50,654 bases of DNA from a virus (taxonomy: Duplodnaviria > Caudoviricetes), in the IMG/VR virus record IMGVR_UViG_3300006169_000158, positions 1-50,654 of that record; one strand, written 5' to 3'. Below, one piece after another: positions 8,458-17,160 of this stretch. Under the pieces are notes generated by a model that saw nothing but the letters and a program-made list of their open reading frames with translations, did no database searches and was not told where the DNA came from. Each line of letters begins with the position of its first letter. The first letter of the stretch is position 1. Made by a program: the position numbers and the translations under genes.

Positions 8458-9088
8458 TGACCTCTCCCTTCACCAGCATGAGCGCCCTCCCGGCCTCCGC
8501 CAGAACGGACGGGTCAACCCCGTGGGTCAGTTCGTCGAGCGTCTTGTCGCTCGGGACGGGAGTGCTGCTGATGGCGGCAGCCTGTCCCCCTGTGGCTGTC
8601 ACGTTCACCTGCGTCGCCGCCACCTTCTCCAACTGGGGCAACAGACCGAGTTCCTGCATGTCCTGCTTGATGTCCGAGTAAATCTTGTTCAGCAGGTCGA
8701 TCTCCTTCGTCCCCGAAGTGAACAACTTACCCATGGAGAACTCGTGCTCGGAGTCGATCCGGATGCGCTCCTCCTGAAGACGAGCCAGCGCCAGCCTGCG
8801 CGTCACGATGTCGGGCAGTTCGTCGGCGGGCGTGAGGAACGCCTGAACCCTCCCCTTTGCCGTGTTCGGATCCCCCGGCTCCTTCCAGATCGCAGGCAAC
8901 TTGCCCTTCTTGTCGAGGGCGTCGAGACGACGCTGCCGCCATGTGCGGAGCGTGGAGTCAGGGATCGTCTCGCCATACTTGGTCTCCAAGTACTTCGCGA
9001 CAGTCCGGGAGCCCCATCGCAACTCGATGAGCAGGTGCTCGATCTCGGCCTTGTGGGCTGAAGCGTCTACCAGTGAACGTCGTGGCAT
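8444..9088 (-). CDS. terS: Probable terminase small subunit
   Basis: N-terminal HTH-like segment (SRTVAKYL..IPDSTLRTWR) and helical body; overlaps the start of the TerL ATPase gene. Confidence 0.6.
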   Translation of the reverse strand: MPRRSLVDASAHKAEIEHLLIELRWGSRTVAKYLETKYGETIPDSTLRTWRQRRLDALDKKGKLPAIWKEPGDPNTAKGRVQAFLTPADELPDIVTRRLALARLQEERIRIDSEHEFSMGKLFTSGTKEIDLLNKIYSDIKQDMQELGLLPQLEKVAATQVNVTATGGQAAAISSTPVPSDKTLDELTHGVDPSVLAEAGRALMLVKGEVSDDH

Positions 9089-9133
9089 GGGGACAACGTA
9101 ACAGCCCCCTTGTACAAAGACGGTCGGAAACGC

Positions 9134-9307
9134 TCAGTGGCGAGCGCGGTACTCCGGACGGTCGTCGAGCGGGACGTGCCTCATGACGATGAACTCGTCG
9201 TGCATCTCACGTACCGGGTGGCAGACGCAATCGTAGATCGAGTGTTCGATGAGGTCGTCGAACGGCATGACGTGGAAGTCCGGTTCAGCCTGCTCCCGCC
9301 ACGACAT
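9134..9307 (-). CDS. Small His/Cys protein
   Basis: HVMP.DDLIEH..CVCHP..RH; TGATG coupling. Confidence 0.6.
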   Translation of the reverse strand: MSWREQAEPDFHVMPFDDLIEHSIYDCVCHPVREMHDEFIVMRHVPLDDRPEYRARH

Positions 9308-9654
9308 CAAATCTCCCCGTTCACCGTCCATCGCGTCACGACGGGCAACACGCGGTCGTAGTCGTCCTCGGAGCCGAACGGCTGGGCGTCGAGGATGCGG
9401 CGGTACTGACGAGCCACGGGATCTGCGCTGTGGATGAACTCAGGGTCGTCGAAAGCATTCACCACAGCGACGTGCGGCGGGTAGTTGCTCATGATGAGGC
9501 TCTTCTCCCGCTCCCCGTAGCGACGCTGCGGGTCCGGGTGCGTGAACTGCTCCCTCATGGGCTGCATCGTGGCGGCGTAGTGCAACTCCGCCTGAATCTC
9601 CCTCTCCCGACCTTCGGTGATCGAGTGGGTGCGACCGAACTCCTCGACAGCCAT
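9307..9654 (-). CDS. Hypothetical protein
   Basis: AAGGAGG RBS, 115 aa. Confidence 0.7.
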   Translation of the reverse strand: MAVEEFGRTHSITEGREREIQAELHYAATMQPMREQFTHPDPQRRYGEREKSLIMSNYPPHVAVVNAFDDPEFIHSADPVARQYRRILDAQPFGSEDDYDRVLPVVTRWTVNGEI

Positions 9655-9675
9655 GACGACCTCCTTCCAGCAACC

Positions 9676-9987
9676 CTACCGCTCCACACATGTCACGACG
9701 ATCGTCTCGCCGTTCGACATGAGGAAGCGGAACGTCAGCGACGACTTGTCCACATGGCCCGTGGACGAGCAGGTCGCACCTCGGAGACGAATGTCCCCTG
9801 CTTGCAGCGACTTCTGGATCTCCTCCACGATCGCCTGCTGCCTCGCGTTACTGATCGCATCCCGACGGTCGTCGATGTAGACGTACGCCAGCGCGGCAGT
9901 CAGGAGGGCGATGAGCAGCCCGACGACGAACCACGCGACGCCGTCACGCTTCTTCTCCTTCGCCACCTTGGGAATCGGGTCCTTCAT
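9676..9987 (-). CDS. Single-pass membrane protein
   Basis: Hydrophobic segment VAWFVVGLLIALLTAALAYVYI. Confidence 0.7.
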   Translation of the reverse strand: MKDPIPKVAKEKKRDGVAWFVVGLLIALLTAALAYVYIDDRRDAISNARQQAIVEEIQKSLQAGDIRLRGATCSSTGHVDKSSLTFRFLMSNGETIVVTCVER

Positions 9988-10310
9988 TCCTTCCCACCCC
10001 TCTCACCCTTCTCCCCCTCGGTCGCCGGGTGCTGCGGGTACGGCTCCTTGGGCGGCAAGTACTCGTGGCCCAACTTGCTCACGATGATGAACACCAGCCG
10101 TCCGGCGTAGTCCCGCCACCACTGGTGCTGAAGGCTCTCCCACTCCCTGACGTCGTCGGCCTGCCGCCTCCACCGCTCCAAGTCCGCGACTGCCGAGTCC
10201 TTGCGATTCCATGACCCCTGACGAAAACTTTCCAACCCCTTGTACAGCGCGGCGATCGTACCGACGAGGCCGCCACCGAGCAGGAGGTTCACAAGGTCAG
10301 AACCTTCCAT
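9984..10310 (-). CDS. Membrane protein with N-terminal TM segment
   Basis: LVNLLLGGGLVGTIAALY followed by a charged helix; coupled start. Confidence 0.7.
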   Translation of the reverse strand: MEGSDLVNLLLGGGLVGTIAALYKGLESFRQGSWNRKDSAVADLERWRRQADDVREWESLQHQWWRDYAGRLVFIIVSKLGHEYLPPKEPYPQHPATEGEKGERGGKE

Positions 10311-10789
10311 CACTCCCCCTCTCCAAGGCGGTGGATTTGACGATCAGCCGCCCGCGCCTCCTTCAGCAACCCTTCCGTCTGGATCTTCGTCCTCTCGATG
10401 TCCTGTCGAATCTCCTCGTCCAGTTCGATCAGTTGCTTAAGGTCGTGGGACCGCCCGTACAGGCCGAAGGCGAACCCGAGGAGCAGGAGGCCGATGAACG
10501 TCCGGGCTGCCGTGCCGCCCGAGAGCAGAACGACAACCAGAGCGACCATCGATGTCAGGAGCAACGGGTACGCGGCCCGTTCGAGGACGAGCGAATGCAA
10601 GATGTGACCGGCCAGCGCCATCAGCCCTCCGATCATGAGGACGATGCCGAGAGCCCAGATGGTCGCGTTGACGAGGTCTTCGAGGAACGGGAGATCGAGG
10701 AACGGGGTCGCCAGACCGGCTCCCGCGATGCAGGCATACATGAGTGCCCGAGACGTCCGATGTTGCCGCATGACCATCCGCTGTGGCAT
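10310..10789 (-). CDS. Four-TM membrane protein (holin-like candidate)
   Basis: AGGAGG RBS before ATG 10789; four hydrophobic segments and a charged C-terminus. Confidence 0.65.
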   Translation of the reverse strand: MPQRMVMRQHRTSRALMYACIAGAGLATPFLDLPFLEDLVNATIWALGIVLMIGGLMALAGHILHSLVLERAAYPLLLTSMVALVVVLLSGGTAARTFIGLLLLGFAFGLYGRSHDLKQLIELDEEIRQDIERTKIQTEGLLKEARAADRQIHRLGEGE

Positions 10790-11885
10790 GAGCCCCTCCT
10801 TGGTTCCTCCCAGTATTGCCCACCGAGAGGCTCCTGTCTCGTACCCCCTTTCCCCCGTGCCGCAGGCCGAAAATATTTCGGGAACCTCCGCCCGCCCCGT
10901 CCCCAAGTTTTTCCATCGCGAAGCGTCGCGAGATTTTTTCGACCGGGGTTCTTCGGGGATTTTTCGGATCGAGTTCCGAGGGATTTTTTTCGGAGTCGGT
11001 GTCGTGAAGCCCTGTTCTAGAGGGATACGGACGTATGGGGTAGTGGGGGCCGTATCCGGGTTGGTGAGCCGTATGGGACCTTGCGGAGTGGGACGGGGAG
11101 GATCGAGGGGGGAGGGGGGTCGAGTCGTGGTGTCATGGGTCGTTGGGTGGGTCGGAGGGATTCGTTTGACCGTCGATAGCAACAGCCTCCATCGGCTCAC
11201 CGGACGTATCACACTCGCTCCACGTGTCACGCGCATCTGCATCGCTCACTTCGGCGACTCACTACGCGCCTGCGCTTCTGCCACAGCAGCGACCTGCAAC
11301 CAAGACTGTTGCGATCTGGTCAGTCTGATCCGCCTGCGTTCGATCTGCCTGCACTGGCTGCGTTCGACCTGCCTGCGATCTGTCTTGGCTGTTCCGGGCT
11401 GGGCAAGGCTGTTGCGATCTGGCAACCTGCGTCCATCTGTCTGGACATGCTGCGTGCTGGCATCCTGCGTGCTGCGTGCGAGCATGCAACGTTCGATCTA
11501 CGTACATGACATGACGACGTACGTACGTACTACCTACGTATCTACGATCTACGTACGTACATGACATACATAAACAACGTGCATGACTTGCGTCTTGACG
11601 TACATGACTTACGTACGTACTTGACGTACTACGTACTAACGATCTTGACGTACTTACATACGTACTTGCATGACGATCATTCTTAACGTACGTGCGTGCG
11701 TGACGTGCATGACTTGCGAGGCAGTGACGAGCATCGTGCTGGGCTTGCGTGCGTGCGAGTAGCCCCTACGAATCCGGGGTCGTCTCTTCTGGCAACTCTC
11801 GCGACAAGCGCTTCATACACCTCTCGCATGGGAACTCGCATACACCGCACTTCATGGCGCACTTCATGAGCGCTCGGTCAGGCGC
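10790..11885. other. Long non-coding region, candidate genome terminus/pac/origin zone
   Basis: No credible gene; contains T-tracts, a G-run tract, degenerate repeats and an ACGT tract; separates the cassette array from the packaging operon. Confidence 0.5.
11490..11715. repeat. Low-complexity (T)ACGTAC/CATGAC degenerate repeat tract
   Basis: Many ACGT, GTAC, CATG and TGCA tetramers; CGTACATGAC at 11501, 11556 and 11599. Confidence 0.85.
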
Positions 11886-12143
11886 TCAGGGCTGGCTCCC
11901 CGACTGCTTCGTCTGTGGCACTGGCTGCAAGCGCGGGTCGTAGCCCCGTGCTGCGGCATTCTGGAACCCCTCCAACGCCAGCCCGCCGAACAGGCCGCAC
12001 TCCTTCTGGATCTCTTCCGCCTCGTACCCCGCCGTCCACATGTCCAGCACTCGTTCGCAGAGCGCCACCAGCGCGGGCCACTCCATCTGAACCCCGTACT
12101 TCTCCAAGCCCTTCGCGCACAGCACTGCCCAAGCGTTCGCCAT
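11886..12143 (-). CDS. Hypothetical protein (MANAWAVLC...)
   Basis: AAGGAGGAG RBS before ATG 12143. Confidence 0.7.
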   Translation of the reverse strand: MANAWAVLCAKGLEKYGVQMEWPALVALCERVLDMWTAGYEAEEIQKECGLFGGLALEGFQNAAARGYDPRLQPVPQTKQSGSQP

Positions 12144-12172
12144 CGCTCCTCCTTGACTCCGAACTGGAAGAG

Positions 12173-12207
12173 CCCCGGCGTCTCCGATCCTCCGAGAGAC
12201 GCCGGGG
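12173..12207 (-). terminator. GC-rich hairpin, putative terminator
   Basis: 12-bp stem CCCCGGCGTCTC/GAGACGCCGGGG. Confidence 0.55.
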
Positions 12208-12472
12208 CCATGCAGCCGACGCTCGGCCCACAGTCCACGTGAAAGGCAACTCGTGGCAGGTAGGACGCCGGAGAGGACACCACTCCTCCTTGGCCTGACT
12301 TCGCCAAGTCCAGATACTACGTTGCACAAGCCAGCGCGACCAGACCCATCTCGGCGGGGGGCACCGAGTCTTCCCCGGATCTGGCTTGGTCGGCAGGGGG
12401 GGCTTTCGACCAAGAGGGCCAACTGCTGGCTTGCGACTTCATCCCAGCCCATCGGGACGTCTGCGAGGTGGC

Positions 12473-12826
12473 TCAGGCACCACCCCAGAGGTTCTCTTCG
12501 CGGTCCCACTGGCGGATGTTCTCGACCTCGGACTCGAACTCGTTCACCCGGTCGAGGTTCACCTTGTGCTGGTGGGCCAGCCGCTCGGTCTCTCCGACCA
12601 TCCGCTCGGCCTCGGCCAGTTCCTCGTCCGAGAGGAACGCGCACTCCGCGCACAGGCTGGCCCCCGCAGGAACCTTGCGGATCAGGCACTGCTCGGCAGT
12701 GGCTTCTTCGACGAGGGCCTTGCGGCCAGTCGCGTTGCAGATCCAGCACTTCGAGTTCGAGAAGCGAACCGGGCGGTCATAGTCTCGGATGACCGATCCG
12801 CCGAGCCTCACTGCGATGTCTCCCAT
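12473..12826 (-). CDS. Hypothetical Zn-binding protein
   Basis: CWIC..CAEC; start follows the cassette leader and AGAAAGG RBS. Confidence 0.7.
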   Translation of the reverse strand: MGDIAVRLGGSVIRDYDRPVRFSNSKCWICNATGRKALVEEATAEQCLIRKVPAGASLCAECAFLSDEELAEAERMVGETERLAHQHKVNLDRVNEFESEVENIRQWDREENLWGGA

Positions 12827-12846
12827 GGTCTTGGCCTTTCTCTCTG

Positions 12847-12902
12847 TGTGGTGTTGTCCGATGTTTAAGTATAAGCCAGCACCGACTGGGCGGGAAGGGT
12901 TT
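12847..12902 (-). promoter_or_regulatory. Class-1 cassette promoter and leader
   Basis: AAACCC TTCCCG-17-TATACT TAAACATCGGACAACACCAC. Confidence 0.75.
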
Positions 12903-12988
12903 CTGCCGAGTATCCCCAAGTTTCGCCTGCGCTCACGGGGCCGCTGCCACAGCGCCAGCCGGTCACCCTGCGTCCGGCTGGCCTGCGC

Positions 12989-13345
12989 TCACCACTGGCG
13001 CGTGCTGACGATGGCGTCACCTCCGTCGAAGCATCGCTCCCACGTGCGCGTGCGCGTCACGAGGGCAAGGCAGTCGTTGCCGACGCCCTTCCAGCCTGCG
13101 TCGACCATGGCCTGCCGCAACTCACGGCCCCTGCGGTCATCTTCCGGCGATCCGATCCAGCACGCCTCGTCTTCTTCGCACCACTCCCGGACCAGCGTCG
13201 GGCTTGGCTCCTCCTGCACTGGGGTCGCCGTAGGCGTGCTGCGTTCGTACGCCTCCCCCATGTCGGTGCAGCCAGCAGCAACCCCAACCAAGCAGGTCAG
13301 CCATGCTGTGGCGACGACGACCTTGCCGCGTCTCGTCAACCTCAT
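12989..13345 (-). CDS. Putative lipoprotein
   Basis: MRLTRRGK, hydrophobic stretch, lipobox-like AAGC. Confidence 0.65.
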   Translation of the reverse strand: MRLTRRGKVVVATAWLTCLVGVAAGCTDMGEAYERSTPTATPVQEEPSPTLVREWCEEDEACWIGSPEDDRRGRELRQAMVDAGWKGVGNDCLALVTRTRTWERCFDGGDAIVSTRQW

Positions 13346-13848
13346 CGGTTCTCCTTCCAGACATACACGAAACGGGCGTCCCAGCGACCCCCGTTGTACT
13401 TCTTGCAGCAGGCCGAGCAAGCGAGCGACCTGGCCCCCTTGAACAGCGTCTGGCGGCTGGTCTGGCCGTCGCAGAGCGGCGTGGGGCAGTACCCCGTCCA
13501 CTTGGCCTTCGGCGTCTTCCCCGAGGCCAACCGGCTCGGCGTCGCACCGACCACCAAGCAGTTGCGCCGCCACTCCGGGCCATGCGCTTCCGGCCTCCGT
13601 CCGCCGTTGCGCACCCACTCCATGTCGGTCAGCGCGTGCGCGATCTCGTGGCGCACCGTGTCCATCATCTCGGCCTCGTCGTTCAGGGCGACGAGCACCT
13701 TGCTCAGCCAGATCTGCTGCTTCCCGCTGACGCACCGTCCGAACTCCGACTTCGCCTCCGACCAGTGCAGCGTCCATCCGCCGCCGAGCCACTTGACGAT
13801 CTCCGCGTCCGCCATCCGGGCTGCCTTCCGAACGTCCATCTCAGGCAC
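13342..13848 (-). CDS. SprT-like zinc metalloprotease
   Basis: FGRC..I.LS, DTVRHEIAH, HGPEW, C-terminal Cys cluster. Confidence 0.85.
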   Translation of the reverse strand: MPEMDVRKAARMADAEIVKWLGGGWTLHWSEAKSEFGRCVSGKQQIWLSKVLVALNDEAEMMDTVRHEIAHALTDMEWVRNGGRRPEAHGPEWRRNCLVVGATPSRLASGKTPKAKWTGYCPTPLCDGQTSRQTLFKGARSLACSACCKKYNGGRWDARFVYVWKENR

Positions 13849-14161
13849 GCACCTTCTTGGCAGCCGCGACCTTCTGGCAAGCCGCCGTAGCCCCGCAGTC
13901 GCAGTCGCCCGAGTCGATCACTTCGATCAGTCCCCGGAGGACGGCTCCTTCTTCGCCCGTCCACTGCCACTTCAGGTACTCCGCAGTGCGCCGGTCCTCG
14001 TGGATCGCCATGGGCTTCGACTCGTACCCGTGGTACTTCTGGAAGAACGCTTCGCACATCTGGTCGAGGAGAACTTCCGCGCCGCCCTTGCCGGGATCTT
14101 CCCCCGTCTCGGCCTTCCACTCCGCTCGGATCGAACGGACGGTCTCTGCCTTGCTCGCCAT
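13841..14161 (-). CDS. Hypothetical protein (MASKAETV...)
   Basis: Start follows the cassette leader and RBS. Confidence 0.7.
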   Translation of the reverse strand: MASKAETVRSIRAEWKAETGEDPGKGGAEVLLDQMCEAFFQKYHGYESKPMAIHEDRRTAEYLKWQWTGEEGAVLRGLIEVIDSGDCDCGATAACQKVAAAKKVRA

Positions 14162-14180
14162 GTCCTTGGCCTTTCTCTGG

Positions 14181-14236
14181 GTGGTGGTGTCCGATGGTTT
14201 AAGTTTAGTCCACACCGTCTGCGCCGGAAAGGGTTT
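14181..14236 (-). promoter_or_regulatory. Class-1 cassette promoter and leader
   Basis: AAACCC TTTCCG-17-TAAACT TAAACCATCGGACACCACCAC. Confidence 0.75.
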
Positions 14237-14352
14237 CTCCGCAGGATCGGAAGTTTCCCCAAGTTTCCCCGGCGCATCTTCTGTCACAGCACCAGCAGGC
14301 AGCGTCATGGCAACAACCATCGACTCCGCCCAGCCGTGCTGAGGCCCGCGAA

Positions 14353-15129
14353 CTACTCCGCGACCTCCGTGAAGACCGGGCGGTACGTGTCCATCGAGTG
14401 GATCTGCCCATCCGTCCAGTTCCGCGCCTCTGTCTTCAGCACCTTCCCCGAGGCCAGCGTGAACTCCGGGTGCAGCCTCGGGCTGTAGGCGATCTGCCCG
14501 TTCTCCAAGATCTTCAGGTCTTCCACGTTCGCTGCCAGCGCCCTCTTCACTCGACCGATCCAGCCGACGAACGAGACGTCGCCAGCCTGATCGACCATCA
14601 CCTCGGCCACGCGGTTGTACCCCGTGTAGCGGAACCCCCACTCCGCCTTCTTGTCCTCCACGATCTCCTCGGCCCAGATCCACAGGGTCGACTCGCCGCG
14701 AGCCTCCGCAGCCTCGATCCAGTAGTACTTCTCGCCGTCGTCGGGGAGCAACTGGGCTCCATCGTTCGACACGTGAAGGCATCCGCCATCCTGAACGATC
14801 GCCGTGCTGTGCACGAACCGGCTGGTGCTCATGGTGTCTCCCCACAGCCACACCGACCTGCCGTCCGGAAGAGCGACCGAGATCCCCACGTCCGCCGCCC
14901 CCCACTGCTCCTGCGGGAGCGACCTGAACATGGCGTCGAACCCCTTCGCCGTGTCCGGGGCCTCCTGGGCGCACCGCTGCGTCTGGATGGGCGACGGGGC
15001 AGGCACCGTCACCGTCACCTGCGGGGTCGGTGCGGGCGGCATCTGGACATCCGGCTTCGCCACCCAACTACCGAGCGTGATGCCGACCGTCATTCCGAGG
15101 ACTGCCAGTGCCTTCTCCGTCTTCCGCAT
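14353..15129 (-). CDS. Membrane-anchored or secreted protein, DUF4185/DUF5005-like beta-propeller fragment
   Basis: Signal/TM segment, Pro/Thr linker, WGAADVGISVALPDGRSVWLWGDT. Confidence 0.55.
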   Translation of the reverse strand: MRKTEKALAVLGMTVGITLGSWVAKPDVQMPPAPTPQVTVTVPAPSPIQTQRCAQEAPDTAKGFDAMFRSLPQEQWGAADVGISVALPDGRSVWLWGDTMSTSRFVHSTAIVQDGGCLHVSNDGAQLLPDDGEKYYWIEAAEARGESTLWIWAEEIVEDKKAEWGFRYTGYNRVAEVMVDQAGDVSFVGWIGRVKRALAANVEDLKILENGQIAYSPRLHPEFTLASGKVLKTEARNWTDGQIHSMDTYRPVFTEVAE

Positions 15130-15148
15130 GATCCGTCTGCCTTTCCTT

Positions 15149-15205
15149 GGTGGTGTGTTCCGATGGTTTAAGTTTAGCCGCTCGCCTCGCGGGCTGCAAG
15201 GGTTT
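15149..15205 (-). promoter_or_regulatory. Class-1 cassette promoter and leader
   Basis: AAACCC TTGCAG-17-TAAACT TAAACCATCGGAACACACCAC. Confidence 0.75.
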
Positions 15206-15263
15206 CTGCGCTCCACCACAAGTATCCCCAAGTTTCCCCGGCGCACACCTACTGTCACAGCAA

Positions 15264-15298
15264 CCGAGGCCGGGGGCTTTCGCTCGTCCCGGCCTCGG
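15264..15298 (-). terminator. Hairpin terminator
   Basis: CCGAGGCCGGG..CCCGGCCTCGG, downstream of the gene ending at 15325. Confidence 0.6.
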
Positions 15299-15324
15299 CG
15301 CTTCTCAGGTGGCTCGTGCTCAGG

Positions 15325-15645
15325 CTACGCCCAGACCTGCCTCGGCGCATAGCGCTCGTCGTAGTCGTCCTGCGTCTTGATCCAGAGACCACGCGGCTCG
15401 ATCTTGCCGTCCAGCGTGCAGTCCTCCGCGTGCCCCTCGTCGCTCATGTCGTACCCGCACTCTCGGCACTCCCACGTCAGGTCGACCACCGCGTCGACCA
15501 AGTGGGACGTCGGCCACTGCGCTCCAATGGCCACCTTGATCTCCGGGTCGGGGTCGACCTCGTGCTCGCCCTCCCAGTTCGTGGCGCGGGCCTCCAACTC
15601 GCCCGCTGCTTCTTCGAGTGCTGCGATCAGTTCGCTCAGACGCAT
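15325..15645 (-). CDS. Hypothetical protein (MRLSELIAAL...)
   Basis: AAGGAGAAGG RBS preceded by the leader motif. Confidence 0.7.
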   Translation of the reverse strand: MRLSELIAALEEAAGELEARATNWEGEHEVDPDPEIKVAIGAQWPTSHLVDAVVDLTWECRECGYDMSDEGHAEDCTLDGKIEPRGLWIKTQDDYDERYAPRQVWA

Positions 15646-15777
15646 GTTGCCTTCTCCTTCTGTGGTGTTCCGATCCGGGCGGGGGACTCCGCTCGGTGCA
15701 GGTGCAGTGAGCACCGTGTCCGGCCCGGCTCAGGCCGGTCTTCGCAGCACCTGTAGGTGCAAGCGATGTACTTCATC

Positions 15778-15960
15778 TCAGGCCACCTCACCCTCAGGGT
15801 GGCGCTCAATGGTCACCGTGTGGCAGAACCCCATCTGGTCATGGACCATCAGGACCACCTTGTCGTCTTCCTCAACGATGGTCAGGATGCTGGCATCCCG
15901 GTTCGCCAAGTCCTGCTCGATCTGGCTTGCGAGGATCGCAGTGGCCAACTTGTTCTCCAT
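15778..15960 (-). CDS. Small acidic hypothetical protein
   Basis: Directly follows a class-1 promoter and RBS. Confidence 0.7.
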   Translation of the reverse strand: MENKLATAILASQIEQDLANRDASILTIVEEDDKVVLMVHDQMGFCHTVTIERHPEGEVA

Positions 15961-15980
15961 CTCGGGGGCCTTTCTCTCGG

Positions 15981-16038
15981 TGTGGTGTTTTCCGATGTTT
16001 AAGTATAAACACTCGCCTCGCTCGCATGTCTAGGGTTT
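15981..16038 (-). promoter_or_regulatory. Class-1 cassette promoter and leader
   Basis: AAACCC TAGACA-19-TATACT TAAACATCGGAAAACACCAC. Confidence 0.75.
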
Positions 16039-16238
16039 CGACCAAGTATCGAAAGTTTCTTCATGGCTCTCCACTCGACCTCATGGGTGAGTGGATTCGA
16101 GGCGCACCCTCGCTCGGTGGCGGGCTCATACGGGCTCTGGGCGCTCCATCTTGCTGGTGGGAGGAGCACTCAACGGAGGGCACCATCACGTCTGCTGTCA
16201 CAGCACCGCCCCCCGGTCTCCCGAGGGGCGATCGCCGC

Positions 16239-16511
16239 CTACTTGTTGAGCAGCGCCCGAATCCAGTAGTCCGCGAAGACTTCCAATGCCTTCCGGTTCA
16301 ACCGGTCCGTCGGGTCGTCCTGCCCGTCCTCCGTCTTCCCGGAGTACGTTGACCAGATTTCGTACTCCGAGTACTCCGCCAGTTCCATGACGAGCCTTCG
16401 CAGCGCGAGGTGCCGGTTCTCGTACTGTGCGCCGGTCTTGGTGTCTGCGACCAGTTCCTCCACGATCCGCTGGATCGTCTGGCTGCTTGCCGGTACTCCG
16501 AACTGTCCCAT
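16239..16511 (-). CDS. Hypothetical protein
   Basis: AAGGAGAAGG RBS with leader motif. Confidence 0.7.
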   Translation of the reverse strand: MGQFGVPASSQTIQRIVEELVADTKTGAQYENRHLALRRLVMELAEYSEYEIWSTYSGKTEDGQDDPTDRLNRKALEVFADYWIRALLNK

Positions 16512-16602
16512 TGCCTTCTCCTTCTCGTGGTGTTCCGACTCACGGCGCGTGATTCGCGCCGCGTATTTCGCGTGATGGTCCTCTGTTTAGTTCCTTAGTT
16601 TT

Positions 16603-16635
16603 AGTTTAGTTCACGGCTCCTTCGTGTCAAGGGTT
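16603..16635 (-). promoter_or_regulatory. Class-1 promoter (leader motif displaced to 16527-16538)
   Basis: AACCC TTGACA-16-TAAACT. Confidence 0.7.
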
Positions 16636-16705
16636 CACCTCTCGCCTGCACATGTTTCCCCACCGCACTCCACTCGCACGGCTGCTGTCACAGCACCAGC
16701 GGCAT

Positions 16706-16746
16706 GAGTCGAGCCCGGCCCCTGTGGGGAGGCCGGGCTCGGGCTC
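16706..16746 (-). terminator. Hairpin terminator
   Basis: CGAGCCCGGCC..GGCCGGGCTCG immediately after the stop at 16747. Confidence 0.65.
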
Positions 16747-17142
16747 TTACTTGTAGACCACCTCCCCCGCCTCGGCCGCGTTCCAGAAGAAGTCCAGCGC
16801 CTCCGCGAGGACCGTGAGGCCGACCGACTCCTGCCCGTCCGGGTAGTTGTTGAGGCCGTCGACCTCCACCTTCCCGGTCTCCCGGAGGTGGGCGAAGCCC
16901 GCCTTGATCACCTCGGGCTCGACCGGGTTCTCGAAGTCCGGGTAGATCTCCCGCCCGAAGGCCGCTTGGAGCGCGGGGAGAATCACCTCGTACCACTGGC
17001 CGGTGCCGAAGCCCGCGCTCTGGAACGGGTGGTCCGCCTCCACCTTCTCCCAGTCGACGGTCTCGCCGGAGTCCGAAGCGCGGGATGCCGCCCAGTGGGC
17101 CTCCGCGTCCGCCCTCTTGGCTCTGAAGATACTGACGCTCAT
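16747..17142 (-). CDS. Hypothetical protein (MSVSIFRAKR...)
   Basis: Start follows leader and RBS. Confidence 0.75.
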   Translation of the reverse strand: MSVSIFRAKRADAEAHWAASRASDSGETVDWEKVEADHPFQSAGFGTGQWYEVILPALQAAFGREIYPDFENPVEPEVIKAGFAHLRETGKVEVDGLNNYPDGQESVGLTVLAEALDFFWNAAEAGEVVYK

Positions 17143-17160
17143 CGGGTCCTGCCTTTCCTT

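Noticed and set aside
10790-11242. N-terminal extension of the 310-aa ORF 10310-11242
   Set aside because: Low-complexity translation of non-coding DNA; a strong RBS supports the start at 10789
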